A DNA stretch of 36,948 bases. It comes from Chamaesiphon sp. GTDB lineage: Bacteria > Cyanobacteriota > Cyanobacteriia > Cyanobacteriales > Chamaesiphonaceae. Positions 25,676 through 34,350 of this stretch are shown in pieces. Every line of letters begins with the position of its first letter. Position 1 is the first letter of the stretch. Under the pieces are notes generated by a model. It did not search any database. It saw nothing but the letters and a program-made list of their open reading frames with translations, and was not told the DNA's origin. A program made the translations under genes and the position numbers. The stretch is from the NCBI GenBank assembly GCA_965246715.1, contig CBDFFH010000010.1, forward strand, positions 1-36,948, given 5' to 3'.

Positions 25676-26974
25676 ATGAAAAAATCGCAACAACTTATCA
25701 TATTTATCGCCGCGTGGTTGGGCTGGGGCTTCGATATTTTCGACGGACTTCTGTTTAACTTCGTCGCCCCCAACTGCGTACCTACCCTCCTGGGATTGGA
25801 AATCGGTTCCGATGCTGCCAAAGCCGCTACTCTCAATTGGACGGGCATTCTCACCTCCATTCTCCTCATCGGTTGGGCGATCGGCGGCGTAGTATTTGGC
25901 ATGATTGCCGATCGGATCGGACGCAGTAAAACCCTACTCCTCACCATGCTCGTCTATGCACTCGGCACATCTGCCTGTGCCTTCGTCCCGAATATTTGGA
26001 TGTTACTATTCTGCCGCGCTCTAGCCAGTCTGGGTATTGGGGGCGAATGGGCAGCCGGAGCCGCACTGGTAGCCGAAGCCGTGCCCGAAAAACGCCGCGT
26101 CGAGGCGGGGGCATTATTGTATACCTCCGCCCCCTTTGGGATCTTCCTCGCCACCTTCGTCAACTCGCTAATTGCTGGCAATCTCTTCAAGGATCGACCC
26201 GCAGTATCTTGGCGGTACGTGTTCCTGTGCGGCTTGATTCCAGCCGCGATCGCCATCGGTATCCGCTTTTTCGTGCGAGAGCCAGAATCTGAAACGATTA
26301 CCAACACTCAGCCGCCCAAATTATCCGAGCTATTTACCCCCGCACTCCTACCCGCTACCCGCAGCGGCTTGGGACTTGCTCTAGTTGCGCTTTTAACCTG
26401 GTGGAGTTGTAATGCCTTTATCCCTACTGTGGCGAGTACTTTAGCCCAAACCACTGCCAAGGCTCAAGGGATGACGGTTCTGCAAACTTCGGCACTGGTA
26501 GAAAGCTGGAAGACGCTTGCCAGTGAGAGTTTTAATTGGGGTGGTTTAATCGGGACGTTACTAACAGTACCGATCGCCAAATCGATTGGGCGCAAGCCGA
26601 TGTTTGGGATTTATTTTCTTGGTTCGGCACTGGCAATCTTCACTACCTTTGCTACCGCTCTACCCCCTGAAACCCGCTTGCGGATGTACTTTTTTATCGG
26701 TTTGACCGTGTTCGGGATTTTTGGCAGCTTCACCTTTTACCTGCCCGAACTATTTCCCAGCCGCTTGAGATCGACTGGATCTGGTTTCTGCTATAACATC
26801 GGGCGTATCGTTGCGGCGATCGGTCCGTTTCTGGTGGGGGCGATTGCTGCTAACGCCAAGGGGGATATAACGACGATCTTGCAGGTACTAACCGCGTTGG
26901 GTTTCATACCACTGGTTGGTTTGTGCGTGCTGCCGTGGGCGATCGAAACTAGGGGTCGCAAATTAGTCGGCTGA
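25676..26974 (+). CDS. MFS transporter
   Basis: WGFDIFD, G.IADRIGRSK motif A, GIGGEW, PELFPSRLRSTG; many TM segments. ATG at 25676. Confidence 0.93.
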   Translation: MKKSQQLIIFIAAWLGWGFDIFDGLLFNFVAPNCVPTLLGLEIGSDAAKAATLNWTGILTSILLIGWAIGGVVFGMIADRIGRSKTLLLTMLVYALGTSACAFVPNIWMLLFCRALASLGIGGEWAAGAALVAEAVPEKRRVEAGALLYTSAPFGIFLATFVNSLIAGNLFKDRPAVSWRYVFLCGLIPAAIAIGIRFFVREPESETITNTQPPKLSELFTPALLPATRSGLGLALVALLTWWSCNAFIPTVASTLAQTTAKAQGMTVLQTSALVESWKTLASESFNWGGLIGTLLTVPIAKSIGRKPMFGIYFLGSALAIFTTFATALPPETRLRMYFFIGLTVFGIFGSFTFYLPELFPSRLRSTGSGFCYNIGRIVAAIGPFLVGAIAANAKGDITTILQVLTALGFIPLVGLCVLPWAIETRGRKLVG

Positions 26975-27028
26975 TGTAAGCATAAATCGAGCGTATTACC
27001 ACCGAGCCGCTCGACTCTCTACCACATA

Positions 27029-27064
27029 AATAACGCTAGTAGTTTGAGAACTGCTAGCGTTATT
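27029..27064 (+). terminator. Intrinsic terminator-like hairpin after MFS
   Basis: AATAACGCTAGTAGTT-TGAG-AACTGCTAGCGTTATT. Confidence 0.65.
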
Positions 27065-27299
27065 AATTTACACAAGTTAATCTCGATCTCTACATAATTC
27101 GAGCTGGCTATGCCCATATTTATTTATGAGAGGAAACAAAAGCATTCGACTGTTAAATTCGTAACTAATTTAATCAAAGTCGCTCGCTCTTAGTCCCCAG
27201 AATTTACCCACCATCAATAAATTAGACGCTGCTGCTAGTCTTTAGCCGCTAAGTTTCTGCATCTAATTTTAATTGGTTTTACCAGCTTGGGAGATCGTT

Positions 27300-28496
27300 A
27301 TGTCAACTAAAATTAACACCAAATTTAATTGGAAAGCGGCAACTATTTTGACTGTTATTACAGCACTAGCTGCGATCTCTACTGCAAATGCCGCTCGCTC
27401 CTTGGGCACGAAATCTATACTGGCGACAATCTCTACCGCAAATGTCGCTCGCTCCTTGGTTACTAAATCTATACTGACAGCGATCGCTCCCAAGCAGGCG
27501 AAATTTGTTTATTCCATCTCCGCGCCTGTCACTCCCAAGCAGGCTAAAGTTGTTTATTCCATCCCCGCGCCTGTCACTTCCAAGCCCCAACAGCAACGGA
27601 GGATCGGCATTTATCAAGGTCGATTTGAATTGACAGCTCATGCTAGCGAACGGGAGATTCGAGGTCGCGTGCGCCACTATCGCGCTAGTGGTTTTAATAC
27701 GATCGTTCAGGGTGTATGGGGCAATGGTTGTGCGATGTATGCCAGCAATGCAACGAAAAAACTCACGGGAATTGCTAGTTGCCCTAATGAGTTTAATCCC
27801 AAAGCGGTAGAGTGGACGATCGATGAAGCTCGCAAACAGGGGATGCAATTTCACGCTTACTTTGAGACGGGGATCAAAATCGATAAAGATAGCCCGATTT
27901 ATGACATAGCAGTTCGACGGAATTGGTTATTATCGGCAGATAATTCTGACTTGAAGCATAAACGTTATATTCTCGATGTTGCCAACCCTAAAGTAGCTGA
28001 GTTATATCGATCGGTAGTGATTGAATTTGTCCGCAAATATCCTCAAGTTGATGCGGTGCAATTCGATGACTATTTATCCTATTCTTTCAATTTGCTAGAT
28101 AGTAAGTCTCCCGCAGAGCGCGAAAAACTCGTTAATAACCTCACAAAATTTGTTAATAACTTAGCAACTGCTACCAAGCAAGCTAACCCACGGGTGAATT
28201 TTGATGTCTGCGATTTTAATGACTATTGGGCTGCCAAGTATGGTGCTGACTTAGCCAATTGGCGTGTCGATCGACGTTATATCGAAGCTTATCGAGATGA
28301 GGATTTCGAGCGAGAGTTGACAAACGCTGAGGGTCTAAGTGGGATCGCGATCGGAGAGTATCAATTACACCGTTTACCCACCGCGCTAGAAAATTCGCCG
28401 ATGGATGTCTTCATGTTTCCGATTCGTGTCAAACCCACACAAGCAGCAGCTATGTTTGCCCAGCGGGATCGAGTTCCCAGAGTGGCTAGAAAATAG
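27300..28496 (+). CDS. Secreted family-10 glycosyl-hydrolase-like (GHL10/DUF187) protein
   Basis: GFNTIV..VW.NG..MY.S, I.EARK.GMQFHAYFE, LD.ANP.V, Y..VDAVQFDDY; signal peptide. Confidence 0.85.
   Translation: MSTKINTKFNWKAATILTVITALAAISTANAARSLGTKSILATISTANVARSLVTKSILTAIAPKQAKFVYSISAPVTPKQAKVVYSIPAPVTSKPQQQRRIGIYQGRFELTAHASEREIRGRVRHYRASGFNTIVQGVWGNGCAMYASNATKKLTGIASCPNEFNPKAVEWTIDEARKQGMQFHAYFETGIKIDKDSPIYDIAVRRNWLLSADNSDLKHKRYILDVANPKVAELYRSVVIEFVRKYPQVDAVQFDDYLSYSFNLLDSKSPAEREKLVNNLTKFVNNLATATKQANPRVNFDVCDFNDYWAAKYGADLANWRVDRRYIEAYRDEDFERELTNAEGLSGIAIGEYQLHRLPTALENSPMDVFMFPIRVKPTQAAAMFAQRDRVPRVARK
27375..27585 (+). repeat. In-frame tandem duplications: 54-bp unit x2, then 45-bp unit x2 plus a partial copy
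   Basis: ATCTCTAC.GCAAATG.CGCTCGCTCCTTGG at 27375 and 27429; CTCCCAAGCAGGC at 27487 and 27532, partial copy at 27577. Confidence 0.85.
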
Positions 28497-28518
28497 AAAC
28501 AGCAACCATCCAAAAATT

Positions 28519-28557
28519 AGACTCGATCGCTTTAAGCAATATAGGGCGATCGAGTCT
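28519..28557. terminator. Hairpin between convergent genes
   Basis: AGACTCGATCGC-N15-GCGATCGAGTCT. Confidence 0.55.
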
Positions 28558-28569
28558 TGTTTAAAATTG

Positions 28570-29658
28570 TCATTTAGTGCATAAATCTCGATCGATATCT
28601 GCCAAACAAGTGCAGCCACTCAGTGCCATTGCCAGGTCTAATTCCTCTCTGAGTATTTGGAGGATGTGCGCTACACCTTCTGCTCCCGCAACACTCAGAC
28701 CCCACAAAATCGGTCGCCCGATTAATACCGCATTTGCTCCCAAAGCTAACGCCTTGAGAATATCTACTCCTCGCCGAATTCCACCATCAAGTAACACCTC
28801 ACATCGTCTGTCTACAGCACTTACGACTTCTGGTAAAGCATCGATAGTTGAAATTGCCCCATCTAGTTGTCTGCCACCGTGATTAGAAACCACAATCGCT
28901 CGTGCCCCCCGATCGATCGCTCTGACGGCATCGTCGCCTCTTAAAATGCCCTTAACAATTATCGGTAAAGTCGAAATCGATGCCAACCAATCGAGATCTG
29001 CCCAAGTTATTGCTGGAGATACTTGCTGTTGAAAATATGCAAACAATCCAGATTCATCTTGGTTGGAGCCATCTAAAGCTAGCTCCAACCCCTTGAAGTT
29101 AGCTAATTCCAGTTCGGGCGGTAATGTAAACTGATTGCGACTGTCCCGTTCGCGTTTGCCGAGTAAGGGTGTATCGACAGTCAGGCAGATCGCGCAAAAT
29201 CCAGCAGCTTCGGCTCGTTCTACCAAAGATCTCGTTAGTCCTCGATCGCGATGAATGTAGAGTTGAAATATTTGACCGATATGGGGATTTAAACCTTGCC
29301 GAACCTCCGATACTTCCTCTAAACTTTTGGTCGAGAGGGTACTTAACATCATCATCGTACCGACTTGATTTGCTGCCTTAGCCGTTGCTAGCTCGCCGTC
29401 TGGATGTGCCAAACATTGAAAGGCTGAGGGAGCAATTAACACTGGAAATTCGATCGATCTACCCAAAATGGTGGTTTGTAAATTGCGATGGCTGACATCA
29501 ACTAACATTTTCGGTCTGAGTTTAATATGTTGGAAAGAATCGACATTATCTTGGAGGGTTACTTCAGCCCCAGACCCGCTGGAGTAATAATCCCAACTCA
29601 TGGGTGATAACAACTCTTTTGCGCTAATTTCGTAATCGAGTAAGTTTATATTTGGCAT
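28570..29658 (-). CDS. FMN-dependent alpha-hydroxy acid oxidase (glycolate/lactate oxidase family)
   Basis: DYYSSG, LRPKMLVDVS, IAPSA, FQLY, LTVDTP.LG.RERD, IVKG, SNHGGRQLD, DGGIRRG.D.LKALALGA. Confidence 0.95.
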   Translation of the reverse strand: MPNINLLDYEISAKELLSPMSWDYYSSGSGAEVTLQDNVDSFQHIKLRPKMLVDVSHRNLQTTILGRSIEFPVLIAPSAFQCLAHPDGELATAKAANQVGTMMMLSTLSTKSLEEVSEVRQGLNPHIGQIFQLYIHRDRGLTRSLVERAEAAGFCAICLTVDTPLLGKRERDSRNQFTLPPELELANFKGLELALDGSNQDESGLFAYFQQQVSPAITWADLDWLASISTLPIIVKGILRGDDAVRAIDRGARAIVVSNHGGRQLDGAISTIDALPEVVSAVDRRCEVLLDGGIRRGVDILKALALGANAVLIGRPILWGLSVAGAEGVAHILQILREELDLAMALSGCTCLADIDRDLCTK

Positions 29659-29797
29659 CGATTTATTCTCCTGTAAATTGATGTTGAGCGCACTCTAATT
29701 AATTGAATATCGAAGATTTGCACTACTGTGTAAGTCTTATGCAAATGAAAGGAAGTATTAAGTTAGCCATCCTTCCGCTGTATCTAAATCCGAATTC

Positions 29798-31054
29798 CTA
29801 ACCTTCTTTCATCTGTAATTGAGCTTCTGACAACTGAGCCTTCTTGCCATCGATGAGGGCACTCACCGTCATGTCACCCAAAACATTAATTGTCGTCCGA
29901 CAGCGATCGAGAAACCAATCTACCGTAATCAAAATCGCCACATACTCGGTCGGCAACCCCACAGAGGTCAAAACTAAAGTCATCGTCACCAACCCCGCCT
30001 CTGGAATTCCCGCAGCCCCTACCGAGGCGACGATCGATGTCAATACCACCATCAACTGTTGTGCCAGGGTCAGATGTTGACCGATAACTTGGGAGATGAA
30101 CAAAGCAGACATCGCCTCATACAACGCCGTACCATCGTGGTTAAAATTCCCGCCGACTAATACCCCCAACGAAGCCGAAGATTCCCGCAAGCCAATCTTA
30201 TTTACAAGGCAATCGTAGGTAATCGGCATCGTCGCGGTGGAAGAAGCGGTAGAAAATGCTGAAACCAAGGCATCGCGGGCACCGATCAGAAATTTTTGGG
30301 GTGATACCCAGGTGCCAAACCGCAGGCGGAGCAAATAGTAAATAGTCTGGAGAGCTAGGGCGAGTAAAACGGCAATCACAAACGCACCCAGAGCTTTAAA
30401 CGGCTCGAAACCTTGAAGGGCGATCGTTTTCGAGACAATGCCAAATACCGCTAGAGGCACTAACTTAATTACCCAATGTAAGAGCCGAATCACTGCATCG
30501 AATAATAGACTGATAATCCGCTCGATCGTCAGATAGTCTGTCTGTGCTTTAGCAATCTGTTCGCTTTTAATCGCCCGTAACACAATCCCAAACGCCAGTG
30601 CCACAAAGATGAGGGAGATGACATTGTTATCGACCAGCGGTTTAACGACCGAATCGGGAATGACATCGGAGATTAACGACCAGGGATCGAGAGGTTTTAC
30701 GCTCGGCTTCTCAGTTGGGGTAGCCAGACCCAATTTACCTCCACTACCAGGGTGGAGGATATTCGCCACAATTAGCCCGACGATAATGGCAATGGTGGTA
30801 TTGCTCATCAACAGGAATACCAGTTTAGAGCCAGATTTACCAGGCAGATCGGCACTAATAAATGTATGTAAAATTGCGAGGAAAATCAGTGGGGTGGCTA
30901 AGGTTCGCAGTGCCTTAATAATCAAGGTACAAGGGAGAACCAGGTGTTCGATTATCCCTTTGTCGATAATTGGATGACCCGCACCGAGCAAGATACCGAC
31001 GAGCGTGGCAATAATTAGGGCGATGATGATTTGGATATAGAGTGGTAGTTTCAT
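29798..31054 (-). CDS. Dicarboxylate/amino acid:cation symporter (DAACS/GltP family)
   Basis: AFSTASSTATMP, NFNHDGTALYEA, ASVGAAGIP, VDWFLDRCRT.INVLGD. Confidence 0.95.
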   Translation of the reverse strand: MKLPLYIQIIIALIIATLVGILLGAGHPIIDKGIIEHLVLPCTLIIKALRTLATPLIFLAILHTFISADLPGKSGSKLVFLLMSNTTIAIIVGLIVANILHPGSGGKLGLATPTEKPSVKPLDPWSLISDVIPDSVVKPLVDNNVISLIFVALAFGIVLRAIKSEQIAKAQTDYLTIERIISLLFDAVIRLLHWVIKLVPLAVFGIVSKTIALQGFEPFKALGAFVIAVLLALALQTIYYLLRLRFGTWVSPQKFLIGARDALVSAFSTASSTATMPITYDCLVNKIGLRESSASLGVLVGGNFNHDGTALYEAMSALFISQVIGQHLTLAQQLMVVLTSIVASVGAAGIPEAGLVTMTLVLTSVGLPTEYVAILITVDWFLDRCRTTINVLGDMTVSALIDGKKAQLSEAQLQMKEG

Positions 31055-31124
31055 AGTTAGTTAGTTATTAACGATCGATGGATCGAGGAATAGTGATGCC
31101 GCTGGTTGAGTTGTGAGTGCTGTT

Positions 31125-31862
31125 TTAGGAACGAAAATCTCCGCCAGAATTAGCTTCTAGACGATCGATCCGATCGTCGAGATCGCAGGCAGTTTCGGGA
31201 TCGTGGAGCATACAATTGGCAGACAGATCGAATTGGCTCAATACCTGGATTTCCCGATAGAGATCGTCAGTACGGTAGCCCAACTGTTGAAAGCGATCGA
31301 ACAGTGCGATCAGATCTGGGGAAGCATGGAGATGGCGATGGCGATCGAGTGACTGATTGATTTCGATCTGCGTCCGCACCGCTTGCAGATCGAAGCTGAG
31401 TAAAGCTAGCTCCGATGCTTTCTGCTCCTGGAATTCAACTAACTCGCCGAGTCGCTGGTGGGAGCGTTCCCATCTCGCCTTTAATTCAGGCAAAATCCAC
31501 TCCACCTGCACCGCTCTAGCCATTAGCAACCGAGCTTCAGCGATATTGCCATTTTGCTTGGCAGCTAAAACTCGATCGATTAGTTCCCGATAAGCTTGTT
31601 GTTTTAACTCAGATTGCCGTTGAATCTCGGCGGTTTCGAGGCGCACGCGATCGATAATCGGTTCGATTTGTTGCAGTTGCAATCGCATTGACTCTAGCAA
31701 TTTCTCCAGATCGGCGAGCGTAATCTCATCAACCGTTGGGTCGGGTGGGCTAGGTTGGGAGGGAATACCCCACAACCACTTCCAGGCGCGAACTGTGGGT
31801 TCGCCCATCTTCTCGCCCATCAACCAACGGGTAAAATCCTCTGGGGATTTGAAATCTGACAT
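31125..31862 (-). CDS. PspA/IM30-like coiled-coil protein (divergent)
   Basis: Amphipathic N-terminus WLMGE..G..TV.AW.WLWG, long coiled coil, A...GN..EARL.M. ATG at 31862 lies 5 nt after the upstream stop. Confidence 0.65.
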   Translation of the reverse strand: MSDFKSPEDFTRWLMGEKMGEPTVRAWKWLWGIPSQPSPPDPTVDEITLADLEKLLESMRLQLQQIEPIIDRVRLETAEIQRQSELKQQAYRELIDRVLAAKQNGNIAEARLLMARAVQVEWILPELKARWERSHQRLGELVEFQEQKASELALLSFDLQAVRTQIEINQSLDRHRHLHASPDLIALFDRFQQLGYRTDDLYREIQVLSQFDLSANCMLHDPETACDLDDRIDRLEANSGGDFRS

Positions 31863-31867
31863 GGCAG

Positions 31868-33268
31868 TTATCGCTCCGTGGTAGCAGGCTGGGCGGTTTG
31901 GGTGACTGGAATAGCGACAGATTGGGGTGGGGGTGCGAATACCCACTTACCGTTAACTTGTTGGATCTGAGCGAGCGTCGGGACGATTTCCCGATCGCCG
32001 TTACTTAGAAACTTGACTTCACCCGCAGCTCCCATCGCGCTAAAGTTGGGATTACGCAGGGTTTGTTGTAAACCCGATCGACTGCCATCGCTGTGCTGCA
32101 AACCCCCAATAACTGCCATACTCGCATCAAAACTCATGGCGGTGCGCCAATTAACCCGCGCTCCCCACAGTTGTTGAGATCGATCGCTAAAGGAGCCTGG
32201 TTGAGTCGAGAGTGGATTGAGCCACGGCGTTACTAGGGTCAATCCCGCCACGGTACGACCCGCTTCGAGGGTATTGAAAGTATTGAGCGTCGGGCTGGAA
32301 TATAGGGGCAATCTGCCGTGGTTAGCTTCGGCAACTTGCAGGGCTAGATTCAGGCGATCGATGTGGGAGGCGATGAACAGAGAGTCGGCACCTTTGCTGG
32401 TGGCATTATCGACCGCTTGACTGGGGTGAAAATCGCTGGCGGAGACATCGCAGTTGTAGTTAACTATCGTTCCTCCTACCTTGGCGAATTCAGCGATGAG
32501 TTGGTCTTTGAAGGAGTTGCTATCGGTAGCCTTGCTATCGAAACATATAGCCAGTTTGCGGTGGCGATCGACTGAATAGATTCGAGCGGCGAGGATGCGG
32601 GCAAGGGCTTCGTTGGTAGGGGGCGTGCGGAAGATATATTTACCGATGCCTGATAGGTTATCGCCCATGCTCGTTGGTGTAATCATTACCAGTCCAGCGC
32701 GATCGTACACGGGTGCGGCGGCAAGCGAGGCATCGCTGGTATTACTTCCAATAACTCCGAGGATATCTGGATCTTTGCTTAACTGCTCGGCAATCTCGCG
32801 GGCGAGGTTGGGATCGTTACGATCGTTGAGGAGTTCTACTTCTAGGGGCGTACCATTAATGCCGCCGCGTTTGTTGGTTTCGGTTTGGGCTTGGGCGAGT
32901 CCGCGTAGCATTTCCTGAGCGACATTGAGGTTGCTACCGATCGGGATGACGATGGCGATTTTGCGAGTTTTCTTGCCGCTAGATAGGGCGATACTATTAT
33001 TGAGGTAGATGAGGGCTTCAGGATCGTTCCGATTCTTATTCAGAGCGGCTTGGAAATGTTGGATCGCGGCTTGATAGTCACCCTTGGCAAAGGATTTCGT
33101 ACCTTCTGTTTTGTCATTGGAATTGATGGCGGTGATGAGGATGCGTTCGCCGCTGCTGGATCGATCGGTTGGATCTGAATGATGATGGCAGCTTTTAAAT
33201 AAGCCAAAACCGAGTAGTAAGGATAGAGCGATGTAGGCAATCGGTGGCAATCGGTGGATATTTTTCAT
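31868..33268 (-). CDS. Membrane-anchored TPR plus type I (LivJ-like) periplasmic binding protein
   Basis: N-terminal TM, G...F..GDY..AI..F..AL...NDPEALIYLNN, KIAIVIP, EMLRGLAQAQ...N..GGING, YIFRT.P. Confidence 0.88.
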   Translation of the reverse strand: MKNIHRLPPIAYIALSLLLGFGLFKSCHHHSDPTDRSSSGERILITAINSNDKTEGTKSFAKGDYQAAIQHFQAALNKNRNDPEALIYLNNSIALSSGKKTRKIAIVIPIGSNLNVAQEMLRGLAQAQTETNKRGGINGTPLEVELLNDRNDPNLAREIAEQLSKDPDILGVIGSNTSDASLAAAPVYDRAGLVMITPTSMGDNLSGIGKYIFRTPPTNEALARILAARIYSVDRHRKLAICFDSKATDSNSFKDQLIAEFAKVGGTIVNYNCDVSASDFHPSQAVDNATSKGADSLFIASHIDRLNLALQVAEANHGRLPLYSSPTLNTFNTLEAGRTVAGLTLVTPWLNPLSTQPGSFSDRSQQLWGARVNWRTAMSFDASMAVIGGLQHSDGSRSGLQQTLRNPNFSAMGAAGEVKFLSNGDREIVPTLAQIQQVNGKWVFAPPPQSVAIPVTQTAQPATTER

Positions 33269-33304
33269 GTTATTTAATTTGATTGGTTGACTAATCGAAA
33301 CTGT

Positions 33305-34054
33305 CTAATTGAGATCGGTATCTGTATCGGTATCGATCGCTATAAATTCGCGTATGTTGTCGAGAAAGCTACGATCTTCGGATTGGGAAGTAGCGGGTAT
33401 TTCCCCTACGTTCCAGTGGCAAGAAAGACATGATTCCATGCCAGATAGAAAAGTCTCACCACAATCTGGGCAGCAATCGGACGAGCGTTGACGATTTACC
33501 AATTGCTTCCGAATTAAGTTGATTCGACTTTCGAGTGAGGCGAGTGTATTTAAGGTGGTTGACAAAGCTTCTGGGCTATGGGCATCCAGGTCATTAGCGA
33601 CAAACAGATCTAGACTTACTTCAAATCGCAACGAGACAGTTTGGAGATCTGCTAAATAATCTGGCTTTGAAAAGCTGTCTGGTTTGGGGTATTTGTCTTT
33701 ACGGTTTCTGGCGTTCAACCGTTTCTGAAATTCTTTCAGGGTTAGCAGTGCCAAACTGTCGGGATCGGCAACGGTTGCCGCCAAGTCGTCGTACTCTCGA
33801 TCGACCTGCATGTAAAGTCTGGCGGTGCGCTCTTTAATCGCTGGACATGATGTTTTGAGCCACTTTTGCCAGCTTTGTGACTGATTTTTAACTTCTGCTT
33901 TTGCCTGTGCGAGCATTCTGCCAATTACCCTAGCGGTTTCTAGGCTCGATCGCTCGAATTCTAAGGTCGATCGCTCGAAGGCAATGTACTTTTGATTGAT
34001 TTCTCGTCCTAAAATGTCTAATAATGGTGTTTCGCCTGTAGGCAAATCGCTCAT
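33305..34054 (-). CDS. DUF3102-like protein with C-terminal zinc ribbon
   Basis: IGRMLAQAK.....WQKWL......ERTARLYM; CPDCG...CLSC. Confidence 0.6.
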   Translation of the reverse strand: MSDLPTGETPLLDILGREINQKYIAFERSTLEFERSSLETARVIGRMLAQAKAEVKNQSQSWQKWLKTSCPAIKERTARLYMQVDREYDDLAATVADPDSLALLTLKEFQKRLNARNRKDKYPKPDSFSKPDYLADLQTVSLRFEVSLDLFVANDLDAHSPEALSTTLNTLASLESRINLIRKQLVNRQRSSDCCPDCGETFLSGMESCLSCHWNVGEIPATSQSEDRSFLDNIREFIAIDTDTDTDLN

Positions 34055-34350
34055 GACTAATTCCTCCCCTGCTTGTTCTGCTCTTGGGGAGAAGTTTCTG
34101 AGTTTATGTTCTCGATCGCTAGTTGTTTTTCATTGTCGATCGGCTGGTACTCGATCGAATACAAGTAGAACTGATAGAAGTTCTGTGTGGCAAGTCTACG
34201 AACGAATGCTGCGTGACACCCATTTCACGATCTTTGATCGCTCCAGCTTAACCTGCCTGGGTTGGTGTGATATCACGCGCCTATGACAATATGTGATTCG
34301 CCGATTTGTCAATCGGTTATCAAATAAAGTCTTTTGAGAAGCGAAAATCT

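Noticed and set aside
33313..33980. Short repeats (DTDTDTD codons; TCGATCGCTCGAA twice at 21-bp spacing)
   Set aside because: Small in-frame slippage around CGATCG motifs; not an array.
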